This document shows positions 39,782-50,861 of a stretch of 64,000 nt of DNA, in pieces. A program made the position numbers and the translations under genes. Position 1 is the stretch's first letter, and each line of letters opens with the position of its first letter. Below the pieces are notes generated by a model that was given only the letters and a program-made list of their open reading frames with translations, ran no database searches and was not told the DNA's origin. Origin of the DNA: Candidatus Latescibacterota bacterium (GTDB lineage: Bacteria > Latescibacterota > UBA2968 > GCA-2709665); the NCBI GenBank assembly GCA_965248435.1, contig OZ252100.1, positions 4,928,001 through 4,992,000 on the forward strand, given 5' to 3'.

Positions 39782-41242
39782 CTACCCGAAGAGCTTCCAG
39801 AAGAGACCCCATCCGCTGACGCAGGCCGACGTGATCAGGATCGCCGCGGACACAAGTGCGCCCAGAAGCACGGGGGGGCGAGTGCGATACGGACGCGGCA
39901 GTTTGAAGTTGAGATAGATGGCCGCGATCATGATCAAAGCGATGGCGAAGTTGGCGAGCATGAAGCCCGCGATTTGGGTCAGGATGTCGAAGGGAATGTT
40001 GAGCCAGACGATGACCATGGTCGTGGCGAGGAGGTAGACGCTGATGATGTGGCGTAGTTTCTGGTAATTCCATTCGCGATGGGGCCACACGGCCTGAAAA
40101 AACTCGTGCGTGACGCGCGTGTAGATTTCCGGCAGGGCCTGAAGGGTGCCCCACAACGCGGCAACGATGTAGATGTAATAGACGACAACCAGAGACGGGT
40201 GGATGTTGGCCCAGACGTGCGCCTGGTTCGTGAGAAGACTCCATCCCTCGAATCTGGACTCGAGGGGGTAGAGCACGGCCGCACCAGAGAGCATGAAGGC
40301 AGCGGTCACGACGAACAACACGAGCGCTCCCATGCCTACGTCCCATCGCATCGGGGCCGTGAGGTGACGAAGATGAGCTACGGCGTCTGGAGAATCGGGG
40401 AGGTAATCGATCTCGTCCTGAGAGGAGGCGTGTTGGCGGATCTCTTCGATTTTTTCGTGGCCCGTCAAACCCCATCCGTGTAATCCGACCCAGTTGGCGT
40501 AGACGATGTATCCCATGACCGATCCACCGACGTATCCAAACGCGGTCCCCATGGTCAACATGGGGTGGCGGATCGCGTCTTCAGGTGCCCAGGCCGGGAA
40601 GGGAGGCAGATAGCCGAAGCTGAGGCTGCCGGTGAACGCGTCCGAAAAGTCGGGCCGGACGAGCAGGGTCCCGAAAATGGTACCGCAGACCAGAATAAAA
40701 CAGATGGCCAGCTGCTGCTTTTCCAGCCTGTCGTACGAAAGTCGCAGACCGAGCGTCAGGGCGAGTATGATAAAGAGGGAGGTAATCAGGTTTTCCAAAA
40801 CCGTTTCCGAAATCGAAGTGGCGACGCCCTGGAAGAACAGGTAGTAAAACAGGTCTCCACACGGTTTGGCGATGGGCACCCAGGCCAGCGGTGCCCCGAT
40901 CATTTCGATGAGGACCATGGCAATAAGCAGCCAACCGCGGGGACCGGGGAGGTGTACGAGTCTGTGCCCGATGTATTCGCCTGTAAAGGCGGTGTAACGG
41001 CCCAACAGGTAGGTGACGAACAGGCCTTTGACGACACAGCTGAGCAGGACGAGCCACAGGAGATTGTAGCCCGCCCAGGCCCCGGCCCTCACGACGACGA
41101 TCGTCTCTCCTGCCCCGATACTGGCCGAGGCGACGATGGCGGCGGGACCGAATACCGCGAGCAGAGCCCAGAGTTTGCGCAGGGACCAGGGCTCGGCGAA
41201 GACGCCCTTGACAGGAGGGATCTCTATCTTGCGTGTGTTCAC
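39782..41242 (-). CDS. Nramp-like membrane transporter
   Basis: FGPA.I.AS.SIGAGE motif, many TM segments; start uncertain. Confidence 0.8.
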   Translation of the reverse strand: MNTRKIEIPPVKGVFAEPWSLRKLWALLAVFGPAAIVASASIGAGETIVVVRAGAWAGYNLLWLVLLSCVVKGLFVTYLLGRYTAFTGEYIGHRLVHLPGPRGWLLIAMVLIEMIGAPLAWVPIAKPCGDLFYYLFFQGVATSISETVLENLITSLFIILALTLGLRLSYDRLEKQQLAICFILVCGTIFGTLLVRPDFSDAFTGSLSFGYLPPFPAWAPEDAIRHPMLTMGTAFGYVGGSVMGYIVYANWVGLHGWGLTGHEKIEEIRQHASSQDEIDYLPDSPDAVAHLRHLTAPMRWDVGMGALVLFVVTAAFMLSGAAVLYPLESRFEGWSLLTNQAHVWANIHPSLVVVYYIYIVAALWGTLQALPEIYTRVTHEFFQAVWPHREWNYQKLRHIISVYLLATTMVIVWLNIPFDILTQIAGFMLANFAIALIMIAAIYLNFKLPRPYRTRPPVLLGALVSAAILITSACVSGWGLFWKLFG

Positions 41243-41325
41243 GGCTGGCCGATTCCAGGCGGTGTCGGACGGATGGTCGACATGGAAAAAATCTCCCCTG
41301 CCCCCTCTCGCGACGCTGCGCGGGT

Positions 41326-41640
41326 CCCCTCCCGGGAGGGGTGCCCCGAAGGGGCGGGGTGGGTGCAATCAGGATCTCTGAACAACATGCCTCCGGCGGC
41401 CAACCCTTCGGCAGGCTCAGGGCATGCTTTTCTTGCTCTCGCCCAAGAAAAGTAGGCAAAAGAAGGGCGCCCCTCAGGCGCCGGGGAGGCTCCGGCCGCG
41501 GCACCTCACCCTCAGTGGTATAAACAGTCCACGGCAGGAGGGTCAAATCCTCACCACGCGCTCGCGATCACTGAGGAACCAACCCGCTGGGAGGAGAAAT
41601 GGGCTGGTTGCATCGGAGTCGCACACCGCGGCCCCGATTG
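41326..41640 (+). repeat. Composite repeat locus R6 (insert Y)
   Basis: Head at 41388, hairpin B, scaffold. Confidence 0.9.
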
Positions 41641-41727
41641 CATTTGCGAGTATAAGGCACATTGGTGAAGGTACGTATGTTGGAGAGAGAGGCGAGCGTT
41701 CAGATGGCAGGACTCTGGCGAGTGACC

Positions 41728-42489
41728 TCATATCATCAGGTCGCCGCCGTTGATGTCGAGGGAGGCGCCCGTTATGTATGCCGCCTGGTCGCTCGCGAGA
41801 AAGGCGACGAGGTCGGCGACTTCCTGGGGTTGTCCGAGGCGCGAAATGGGAAAGACGTTCTCGAAATGCTTGATGCGCTCTTCGTCGATCGTGTTGCGAA
41901 CCATTTCGGTGTCGATCAGGCCCGGGCAGACCGAGTTGACCGTGATGCCGAACCCGGCCTCTTCCTTGGCCAGGTGCCGTGTAAAGCCGAGGATTCCGGC
42001 CTTTGCGGCCGTGTAATGGGCGCCACCGACCGTGCTGATGTTCTTGCCTGCCGTTGAGGAGAAGTTGACGATCCGGCCCCAACCGGCGGCCCGCATGCTG
42101 GGCAGGACGGCCTGTGAACAAAGGAAGGTGCCTTTCAGGTTCACTGCGATCACGCGATCCCACTCCGCTTCTTCGATGTCGATCACCGGCGTGGGATACA
42201 GGATGCCGGCGTTGTTGATGAGGATGTGGATCGGCCCGAAACGGTCCTGGGTCTGGCGGACCATCTCTCGAACATTTTCGGAGCGGGTGACGTCGCCCTG
42301 GATGGCGACGGCCTCCGCGCCTGAATTTTGGAGGGCTTCCGCTGTCGTGTCCGCGCGGTTTTGATCGAGATCGTTGACGACGATGCGCGCGCCGCGGGAG
42401 GCGAGGGTTTCGGCGACGGCGCGGCCCATGCCCTGGCCTGCGCCCGTGATGAGGGCGGTTCTGCCTTCAAGTGATGATGAGTTTGGCAA
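41728..42489 (-). CDS. FabG-like short-chain dehydrogenase
   Basis: TGAGQGMG, NNAG and YTAAK motifs; the upstream ORF extension runs through a repeat and is spurious. Confidence 0.9.
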   Translation of the reverse strand: MPNSSSLEGRTALITGAGQGMGRAVAETLASRGARIVVNDLDQNRADTTAEALQNSGAEAVAIQGDVTRSENVREMVRQTQDRFGPIHILINNAGILYPTPVIDIEEAEWDRVIAVNLKGTFLCSQAVLPSMRAAGWGRIVNFSSTAGKNISTVGGAHYTAAKAGILGFTRHLAKEEAGFGITVNSVCPGLIDTEMVRNTIDEERIKHFENVFPISRLGQPQEVADLVAFLASDQAAYITGASLDINGGDLMI

Positions 42490-42530
42490 GCGTCTCTCTT
42501 TGTTGAATGTCAAAATCATTCCCTCCACCC

Positions 42531-42859
42531 CACAACCCCATGCCTCCGGCGTCCCGTCCGTCGGCTCGCCGTCTTCGATCACGAACTCGCCGTTGACGAA
42601 CACGAAGTCGATGCCGACGGGCTTCTGAACGTTTGCTACCGGTACCCAACTTTTCTTGCTCGCCCAAGAAAAGTTGGGCAAAAGAAGGGCGCCCCTCAGG
42701 CGCCGGGGAGGCTGATTTTTCCACGAACTCTCAGTGGCCTTAGAGAGGTTTGTGTCCTTGGATCGTTTGTGACGTCCATAAACGAAGGTGCTTGACGGAT
42801 AAGCGCGGAAAAATCCCACCCCTCCCCCCGAGGGAGACGCCTCGGCGGGGCATCTCTAC
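42531..42859 (+). repeat. Composite repeat locus R7 (deacylase fragment + module D)
   Basis: Head at 42541. Confidence 0.9.
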
Positions 42860-42885
42860 GGGTGATGAATCGGGTCATTCCGCAA

Positions 42886-44076
42886 TTAGATAACGCCGAG
42901 GTTTTTACCCACGTCTTTAAATGCCGCGATCGCCCGATCGAGTTGCTCGCGCGTGTGCGCGGCCGAGAGCTGTACACGTATCCGGGCCTCTCCGCGGGGT
43001 ACGACGGGGAAGCTGAATCCGACGACAAAGATGCCCCTCTGATTGATGGCGCGCGCCATCTCCACGGTGCGGCGCTCGTCCCCGAGCATGATGGGCACGA
43101 TGGGATGGATGCCCGGGAGGATGTTGAATCCCAGGGAGGTCATTTGCTCCCTGAAGAAACGGGTATGTTCCATCAGGGTGTCCCTGAGCTCAGGGCTTTT
43201 CTCGGCCAGGTCGATGGCCTTGAGGGATGCAGAGACGATGGGCGGCGCCACGGTGTTGGAGAAGAGGTAGGGTCGGGATCGCTGTCTCAGATAGTCGATG
43301 ATTTCCTGGCGGCCCGTGGTAAACCCCCCGGACGCACCCCCCAGTGCCTTGCCGAGCGTGCTGGTGGTGACGTCGATCTGTTCAGAGACGCCGAAATGCT
43401 CGGGCGTGCCCCTTCCGGTGGGTCCAAGAAAGCCGGTCGCGTGCGAGTCATCCACCATGACCATGGCGTCGTATCGGTCGGCCAGGTCACAGATCGCATC
43501 CAGCGGAGCGAGGTCGCCCTGCATGCTGAAGACACCGTCCGTGGAGATCAGCTTGAACCGGACGGCATCGGCCGCTTTCAACTTGCTCTCCAGATCGGCC
43601 ATGTCCGAGTGCTGGTAAACGTTTCGCTGTGCCTTGCAGAGTCTGATGCCGTCGATGATGCTCGCGTGATTGAGGGCGTCGCTGAAGATCGCGTCTTCCG
43701 GAGTGAGGAGCGTCTCGAACAGTCCCGCATTGGCGTCGAAGCAGGAGCCATACAGGATCGTGTCTTCCGTTCCAAGAAAGCTGGAGATCCGTCGTTCCAG
43801 GGCCTTGTGGATGTCCTGTGTCCCGCAGATAAACCGGACCGAGGACATCCCGTAGCCGCGCGTCCGCATTCCGTCGACGGCCGCTTGGACCACCTCGGGA
43901 TGATTGGCGAGTCCCAGGTAGTTGTTCGCGCAAAAGTTGATGATTTCCCCATCCGCCGTCTCGATCCGGGATCCTTGAGCGGTGGTGATCTCTTTTTCAC
44001 CCTTATAGAGCCCGCTGTCCTGAATGATCTTCAGCTCTTCTTCGAGCCAGGATTTCACTTTCGCGTATGACGCCAA
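42886..44076 (-). CDS. kbl: Glycine C-acetyltransferase (2-amino-3-ketobutyrate CoA ligase)
   Basis: [30 protein letters not shown] and ARIRVQLSA; GAGGAGG before TTG 44076. Confidence 0.96.
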   Translation of the reverse strand: MASYAKVKSWLEEELKIIQDSGLYKGEKEITTAQGSRIETADGEIINFCANNYLGLANHPEVVQAAVDGMRTRGYGMSSVRFICGTQDIHKALERRISSFLGTEDTILYGSCFDANAGLFETLLTPEDAIFSDALNHASIIDGIRLCKAQRNVYQHSDMADLESKLKAADAVRFKLISTDGVFSMQGDLAPLDAICDLADRYDAMVMVDDSHATGFLGPTGRGTPEHFGVSEQIDVTTSTLGKALGGASGGFTTGRQEIIDYLRQRSRPYLFSNTVAPPIVSASLKAIDLAEKSPELRDTLMEHTRFFREQMTSLGFNILPGIHPIVPIMLGDERRTVEMARAINQRGIFVVGFSFPVVPRGEARIRVQLSAAHTREQLDRAIAAFKDVGKNLGVI

Positions 44077-44097
44077 CAGAGACCTCCTCAAGACAAA

Positions 44098-44568
44098 AGT
44101 TCTTCACCAAATGCCGGCGAAGGCGCGGCGGATTTCGAGACAAATCACGTTTGACCCACGCAAGAACCGATGCCTCCGGCGGCCTACCCTTCGGCAAGCT
44201 CAGGGCATGCTTTTCTCGTCTCGCCACAAGAAAAGGCCTACCGCAACCGCCACCCTTGGGCACAGCGCGGCTGTGCCCCTACACTCCAGGATTTCGCCGC
44301 AGGGGCTCGGGCCGCGGCACCTCACCCTCAGTGGAAAGGACGGTGGCGGCAATCAGGGCGGGACTCCCGCCCCGCCTGACGCCCATTATGGGACCGGCCC
44401 AGAGGGCCTAACCGCGTGGGAGGTGAAAGAACGAGGTTGCATGGGAGTCGCACACCGCGGCCCTGATGGATTTGAGCGATGCATTTCCCGAGTTTCAGAG
44501 CCGGCAACTGGGCGAGTTCTTAAAATCGAGTTCAGAATTACCCTAACTTCCAACATTCAGCGAAGCCA
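44098..44568 (+). repeat. Composite repeat locus R8 (insert X, imperfect outer IR)
   Basis: Head at 44171. Confidence 0.88.
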
Positions 44569-44747
44569 AGGGTGCTTCGAACCGGCGGATAATTTGCGGA
44601 ACGGTGGTCCAAAATAGGTGATAACCCCTCTAAAAGCAAGGTAGATATGAGCGACTCGAGGTGGGAGTTTCCTTGACTTCAATCCTGGCGATCCCGATAT
44701 TTGCGTTTCTTGAAATCCCCTTTTAATCCGATCTGAAAGGCGTTTGC

Positions 44748-46544
44748 ATGTTCACATTCACGACGCGTCCGGTCATCATGGGAAGACGGGGCGTTGTTAC
44801 ATCGGGGCACTACCTGGCGACGGCCGCCGGGTTTCGAATTATGGAACAGGGAGGCAACGCCATAGATGCCGCGGCATCGATGGCGTTCTGCTTGAATCTC
44901 CTCGAGCCGCACATGAACGGCATTGGTGGTGAGGTGCCCACGCTCATCTACTCCGCGAAGGAGCAGAAGACGTTTTCGATCAGCGGAATGGGCTGGTCGC
45001 CCAAGGCGTTTACGATATCGTGGTGCAAGGAGCGTGCGATCGACCTGATTCCGGGCGACGGCTACCTGCCGACGTGCGTGCCTGCGTCCGTGGACACCTG
45101 GGCGGTTGCCGTCTCGCGCTTCGGAACCCAGTCTTTTTCCGAGATCCTGCAGCCTGCCATCGAGCTCGCGAAGGAGGGATTTCCTCTTTACGAGACCCTG
45201 CGCGAACATTTGGAATCGGATGCGGAGTTCTATCTCGAGAGGTATCCCACAACGGCGGAGATCTACTGTCCCGGAGGGCGCATTCCGGAGGTCGGGGAGA
45301 TCATTCGGAATCCGGATTGGGCGGCGACGCTGGAGCTGATGTGCAGTGCCGAGCAGTCCGCAAAGGGGAATGGACGTGAGGCCGGGATCGAGGCCGCCCG
45401 AGACGTCTTCTACAAAGGAGAGATCGCGGAGCGGATGGTCGACTTCGCGCAGAACACTCCTGTGCTCGACGCCACCGGGGAGGAACACGCCGGACTTATC
45501 TCTTATGAAGACATCGCCGAGTGGCGCGCGGCTGTGGAAGCGCCGGTGAGCTTCCCGTTTCGCGGGCTGGACGTTCACAAATGTTCGTCCTGGACACAGG
45601 GCCCGGTCTTCCTGCAGCAGCTGGCCCTGCTGGATGGCTACGATCTGGCCGGGATGGGGCTCAACTCTGCAGACTACCTGCACACACTCATGGAGTGTGC
45701 CAAGCTGGCCTTCGCGGACCGCGAGGCCTACTACGGGGATCCACTTTTCGACCAGGTGCCGTTCGATGTGCTCCTCTCGCTGGACTACAACTCCGACCGG
45801 CGGAAACTTATCGGTCCGGATGCATCGATGGAGATGCGACCGGGGGACGTGGGAGAAGGCCTACCGGCGTTCGCGACCGTGGATGTGGTGGAGGACAATC
45901 GGAGGGCCATGGGCCTGGAGGGTGCGATTCGAGAGGTGTCACCCAAGAGCGGGAACCCGGGAGATACGACGCATCTGGACGCCGTGGATTCAGAGGGGAA
46001 TATGGTCGCCGCCACACCGAGCGGCGGATGGATCAAATCTTCTCCGGTCATCAAGGGCCTGGGGTTCCCTCTGGGCACCCGGGGTCAGATGTTTTACCTG
46101 AACGCGGATCGCCCGAATGCCCTGGAACCGCGCAAGCGTCCACGGGCGACGCTCACGCCTACGATGGTCACACGTCAGGGCAGGCCCTACATGGCGTTCG
46201 GCACGCCCGGGGGAGATACACAGGACCAGACGACGCTCCAATTCTTCCTGAATTATGAGATCTTCGGCATGAACATCCAGGAGGCAATAGACGCGCCGAC
46301 AGCACATTCGAGTCACTTCCCCTCCTCGTTTTACCCCCGCGCCTCCCATCCCGGGCACATGACGGCGGAAGGCCGGATCCCTTCCGATGTGATCGCGGAA
46401 CTTCGGAGACGAGGGCACGAGGTGGACATGACCGGAGACTGGGCGACCGGCAAGGTCATGGGGATTCGCTACGATGAAAAGAAGGGCGTGATCTGCGGTG
46501 GTGTCTCGCCGAGGCGGGCGGTGGGATATGCAATAGGTTGGTAG
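44748..46544 (+). CDS. Gamma-glutamyltransferase family protein
   Basis: GGNAIDAA, AFADR..YYGDP, DTTH and FGTPGG motifs. Confidence 0.93.
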   Translation: MFTFTTRPVIMGRRGVVTSGHYLATAAGFRIMEQGGNAIDAAASMAFCLNLLEPHMNGIGGEVPTLIYSAKEQKTFSISGMGWSPKAFTISWCKERAIDLIPGDGYLPTCVPASVDTWAVAVSRFGTQSFSEILQPAIELAKEGFPLYETLREHLESDAEFYLERYPTTAEIYCPGGRIPEVGEIIRNPDWAATLELMCSAEQSAKGNGREAGIEAARDVFYKGEIAERMVDFAQNTPVLDATGEEHAGLISYEDIAEWRAAVEAPVSFPFRGLDVHKCSSWTQGPVFLQQLALLDGYDLAGMGLNSADYLHTLMECAKLAFADREAYYGDPLFDQVPFDVLLSLDYNSDRRKLIGPDASMEMRPGDVGEGLPAFATVDVVEDNRRAMGLEGAIREVSPKSGNPGDTTHLDAVDSEGNMVAATPSGGWIKSSPVIKGLGFPLGTRGQMFYLNADRPNALEPRKRPRATLTPTMVTRQGRPYMAFGTPGGDTQDQTTLQFFLNYEIFGMNIQEAIDAPTAHSSHFPSSFYPRASHPGHMTAEGRIPSDVIAELRRRGHEVDMTGDWATGKVMGIRYDEKKGVICGGVSPRRAVGYAIGW

Positions 46545-46770
46545 GTTAGGCGGGATCACGAAGGGACACGAAATCCCACGAAGAATACGAAAGACAGCCA
46601 GGAGCGCCGGAGCTGGAGTAATGGGGGTATGGAGAAATGGAAAGGCAGGCTTTGGAGTACTCCATCACTCCAGTAGTGCAATACTCCAGGATCGGGAGGC
46701 TGAAAGGTTGCGGCATCGGACGAATCAAGTGACGAAGCAATAGAAAGGCAAACACATTGAGGGGATCAAC

Positions 46771-47529
46771 GTGAACATCAGACCTAACCGCGTTAAACGC
46801 AAACTGGACGCAGGTGAGATCGCGATCGTCGCGAACGGATTCGACCGGGCCGACGATGTGGATGCCTTCGGCCCGTGCGGTTTCGACGGCGCCTGGCTGG
46901 AAGGTGAGCACGGTCCCGTCGACGCCGCCACGATCGGAGACCTCACGCGGGCGTGCGATGTCTGGGGGATGACCTCCGTCGTTCGATTGAATCGGAACGA
47001 TCAGGCGTTGATCTACCGCACGTTCGATCTGGGCGCACAAGGGGTGGTCATTCCGCACGTAAACACGAAGGAGGAGGCAGAAAGCGTCGTAAAAGGCGGC
47101 AAGTTCCCTCCAGTCGGTCTCCGCGGTGTGTATACGGGGCGGCAGGGTTTCAGCGTTCCCGACTACCACCATATCGCAAACGACGAGACGCTGCTGATCA
47201 TCTTGATCGAGGATATCGTCGCGGTCCAGAACCTGGATGAGATCCTGGAGGTGGATAACATCGACGTGTTTCTTGTCGCACCCTCCGATCTATCGGCCTC
47301 CATGGGCCACATCGGAAACCTCCAACACCGGGAGGTCCAGAAGACGCTCGATGAGGCACACCAGAGAATCATCGCGAGCGGTCGGACGGCGGGCGCACTG
47401 GCGAAGAATGAAGATGTGGCGAGATACGTCTCCGCGGGTGCACGTTTTCTGCTGACGGCATCTAAACATTGGATCGCTGCCGGTGCGGCCGAGTTCAAAC
47501 AGCGTGCGGAAGAGGCGCAGAGCGGCTAG
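46771..47529 (+). CDS. HpcH/HpaI aldolase family protein
   Basis: EGEHG, DLGAQG..PH, LIED and PSDLS motifs. Confidence 0.9.
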   Translation: MNIRPNRVKRKLDAGEIAIVANGFDRADDVDAFGPCGFDGAWLEGEHGPVDAATIGDLTRACDVWGMTSVVRLNRNDQALIYRTFDLGAQGVVIPHVNTKEEAESVVKGGKFPPVGLRGVYTGRQGFSVPDYHHIANDETLLIILIEDIVAVQNLDEILEVDNIDVFLVAPSDLSASMGHIGNLQHREVQKTLDEAHQRIIASGRTAGALAKNEDVARYVSAGARFLLTASKHWIAAGAAEFKQRAEEAQSG

Positions 47530-47607
47530 GATTGTGGCGGTGTCCGTTTGTCGGAATCCCTAATGCCCAACCCTGAGCCGGCCGACTTAAACGGCGAATT
47601 GGATCCG

Positions 47608-48262
47608 GTAGGAGCCAGCTCCTGCTGGCGAACCCCTGAATGGGGATTCATATTCAGGGGGCGTATCAAACGAGGATCACAAGGTTCACAAAACAATGCC
47701 TCCGGCGGCCAACTTTTCTTGCTCGCCCAAGAAAAGTTGGACAAAAGAAGGGCTCCCCTCAAGTGCCGGGGAGGCTGACTTTTCCGCGAACCGTCTCAGT
47801 GACCCTAGAGATATTTGTGTCCTTGGATCTTTTGTGGTGTCCACAAACGGGAGTGCTTGACGGATAAGCGCGGAAAATTCCCACCCCACCCCACGAGCAG
47901 AGTGAATAAAATTGTATCCGGTAGGAGCCAGCTCCTGCTGGCGAACCCCTGAATGGGGATTCATATTCAAGGGGCGTATCAAACGAGGATCACAAGGTTC
48001 ACAAAACAATACCTCCGGCGGCCAACTTTTCTTGCTCGCCCAAGAAAAGTTGGACAAAAGAAGGGCGCCGCTCAAACGCCGCGGGGGCTGGGGCCGCGGC
48101 ACCTCACCCTCAGTGGAAAGGACGGTGGCGGCAATCAGGGCGGGACTCCTGCCCCTCCTGACGCCCACTATGGGACCGGCCCAGAGGGCCTAACCGCGTG
48201 GGAGGTGAAAGAACGAGGTTGCAAGGGAGTCGCACACCGCGGCCCTGATGGGTTTCAGTGAT
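47608..48262 (+). repeat. Composite repeat locus R9 (two tandem units, one ending in module D, one in scaffold X)
   Basis: 47603-47750 is repeated at 47916-48064. Confidence 0.9.
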
Positions 48263-48531
48263 CCTTTTCGTGGAGTACACCTCGTCTAGTGGATGAGTAG
48301 GGTGGATCTGACGAGATACGCTTCACGAGATACGAGATGCGGTAACAAAGTCCCCTCTTAGGTCGGGGTGGGTTACGATCGCGGCGCCGGACATGAATTT
48401 CCAAAGCGGGGAGTAGTCTCTTCGCAAAAGGCATACTTCCCCCTTTCCGAAAGGGGGACTGAGGGGGATTTCAAATTGAATCACGATGACTCTTCAGATT
48501 ATTTGAGCAGGGTAAAGCCCGGGTCCAACAC

Positions 48532-49542
48532 ATGGCGAACAACCAACTAAGCGCGGCGGTGATCGGGTTAGGGGTCGGTGGCAGGCATATCACCGCCTAC
48601 AGAGAGGCCGGTGCGGACGTGCTGGCCATTTGCGACACGGACGAGGACATCCTTGGACAGGTCGGGGATGTTTATGGGATAGCGGATCGCTATACCGATT
48701 TTCGTGAGCTGGGGATGCGGGACGACATCGATGTCGTGTCCGTATGCACCCCCGCTCATCTGCACACCGATCCCGCCGTGGCGATGATGGCTTCAGGGAA
48801 GCACGTCCTTATCGAAATGCCGATGGCTTCTACTTTCGAGGATATAGAACGGATCGTAGACACGGCGCGGCGGACGAACCGGAAGGTGATGCACGGAGGT
48901 CAGGTCGCGTACAGCGAGGCATTCGACGAGATCAAGCGAGGGGTGACGTCAGGCGAATTTGGTGATGTCTACTACGCCGAGGGGGATTACATCGCCAGCC
49001 GTTTGGATCTGCTGCGGGGCGGGTGGCGGCAGCATCTCCGTTCGAACTATAACGTCGTCGCGGACCGGGGCGTCGTACCCATAGACGTAGTGCAGTGGAT
49101 CGTTGACGATGCCCCCACGGAGGTTATGGCATACGGGAACGGAATCGCCGGGCGTGGAGAAGGGCTTAAGGCCACCGACTGCATCCTCTCCATGATTCGC
49201 TTCGAGGGTGGGTGCATTGCAAAATCGCTCGTCACGATGGGTGCCGCGAGGCCGGGGTTCAGGAATCTGCAGATCTATGGAACGAAGAAGACGTATGTGA
49301 CCGAACCCTCACCTCCGGGTCACCTCCTCTCGGATGCAGAGTCGCGCAGGTGGACGCATCTCGAGTTCAAGGAGGATCGACGTGACGCACGGAGGTCGTT
49401 GATCGCGGACCTGTTGTGGGCGATCAAGACAGATACCGAGCCCCGGGCGAGCCTGGTTCAGGCGGCGCGCACGGCGGGGATCTGCGCGGCGGCGTTCGAG
49501 TCATTGAAGGCGGGAAGGCCAGTTAAAGTGCCACAGTTTTAG
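48532..49542 (+). CDS. Gfo/Idh/MocA oxidoreductase
   Basis: GLGVGG, TP.HLH and degenerate EMP motif. Confidence 0.85.
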   Translation: MANNQLSAAVIGLGVGGRHITAYREAGADVLAICDTDEDILGQVGDVYGIADRYTDFRELGMRDDIDVVSVCTPAHLHTDPAVAMMASGKHVLIEMPMASTFEDIERIVDTARRTNRKVMHGGQVAYSEAFDEIKRGVTSGEFGDVYYAEGDYIASRLDLLRGGWRQHLRSNYNVVADRGVVPIDVVQWIVDDAPTEVMAYGNGIAGRGEGLKATDCILSMIRFEGGCIAKSLVTMGAARPGFRNLQIYGTKKTYVTEPSPPGHLLSDAESRRWTHLEFKEDRRDARRSLIADLLWAIKTDTEPRASLVQAARTAGICAAAFESLKAGRPVKVPQF

Positions 49543-49544
49543 GT

Positions 49545-50460
49545 CCGCGAACCGTCTCAGTGACCCTGGAGATATTTGTGTCCTTGGATCTTTTGTGGTG
49601 TCCACAAACGGGAGTGCTTGACGGATAAGCGCGGAAAAGTCCCACCCCACCCCACGGGCATCGTGAATGAAATTGTATGCGGTAGGAGCCAGGAACCTCT
49701 GAATGGAGCTTTCATATTCAAGAGCCATATCAAACGAGGATCACAAGGTTCACAAAACAATGCCTCCGGCGGCCTACTTTTCTTGTCTCGCCACAAGAAA
49801 AGTAGGCAAAAGAAAGGCGCCGCTCAGGCGCCGCGGGGGCTTTGGCCGCGGCACCTCACCCTCAGTGGCATAAACAGTCCACGGCAGGAAGGCCAAATCC
49901 TCACCACGCGCTCACGATCACTGAGGAACCAACCCGCTGGGATGAGAAATGGTCTGGTTGCATGGGAGTCGCACACCGCGGCCCCGACGGTTTTGAGCGA
50001 TGACATTGCTTTCGTTCAATTCTTCCCCCTTTGGAAAAGGCCTGTCCCGAGCGAGCATGCGAGTCGAGGGAGGGACTGAGGGGGATTTCAAGATGCATCA
50101 CGCATGGGAGTCGCACACCGCGGCCCCCGAGGCCTGGGGTGGGTTTGCGAACGACGAATCGGTCGTGTCCCACAGGACACGACCTGAGACGATCCACGAT
50201 CGACGGCCTTTAGCCTCCGGCGGAGAGGGCAGTCCCCTCCTGGGTCGGGGTGGGTCACAATAGGGTTTCTGCCCAATCAGACCCACCCCTAGATCGCCGT
50301 CAAGGAGGGCACTTTAGTATTCGCACCAGATGCTTTCCGGGGTGTCCCGAAGGCCTGCCCCTGCAAGATTTAAGCAGGGGGACAGAGTGGGTTACGATTG
50401 CGGATTTGGGATTGGGGAATGAAAACCCAACCTCACCGCAGAGGCGCAGAGATCGCAGAG
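49545..50460 (+). repeat. Composite repeat locus R10
   Basis: Truncated module D, heads at 49761 and 50212, scaffold Y. Confidence 0.9.
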
Positions 50461-50471
50461 GAAAAATCGAA

Positions 50472-50822
50472 ATGCCATCAAGGCCAAGCAAATCGCTAGA
50501 AACGTTCGATAATCCCTATCCCGACCGGAACTATACGATCGAGTTTGCCTGTCCCGAGTTCACTTCGATCTGTCCGAAGACGGGGCAGCCCGATTTCGGG
50601 AAGATCGTGATTCGGTACGTGCCGGGGCGAAAATGCATCGAGTTGAAGTCGCTCAAGCTCTACATCTGGTCCTACCGGGACGAGGGCGTATTTTTCGAGG
50701 AGGCCACGAACAGGATCCTGGATGACCTTGTGGCCGCCTGCGAACCTGTCGAGATGACTGTCGTAGGGACATTCAACGTCCGGGGCGGTATTTCCCACGA
50801 GGTTACCGCTAAATTTCCATAG
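50472..50822 (+). CDS. queF: NADPH-dependent preQ0 reductase
   Basis: [15 protein letters not shown] and ELKSLKLY motifs. Confidence 0.95.
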   Translation: MPSRPSKSLETFDNPYPDRNYTIEFACPEFTSICPKTGQPDFGKIVIRYVPGRKCIELKSLKLYIWSYRDEGVFFEEATNRILDDLVAACEPVEMTVVGTFNVRGGISHEVTAKFP

Positions 50823-50861
50823 CCGTGACTCTTCCTTCCCAATCTGCTACCACAATCCTCC

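Noticed and set aside
42490-42819. N-terminal extension of the SDR (likewise queF 50250-50471 and the Nramp-like gene to 41368)
   Set aside because: The extensions run through repeat DNA; better starts lie downstream
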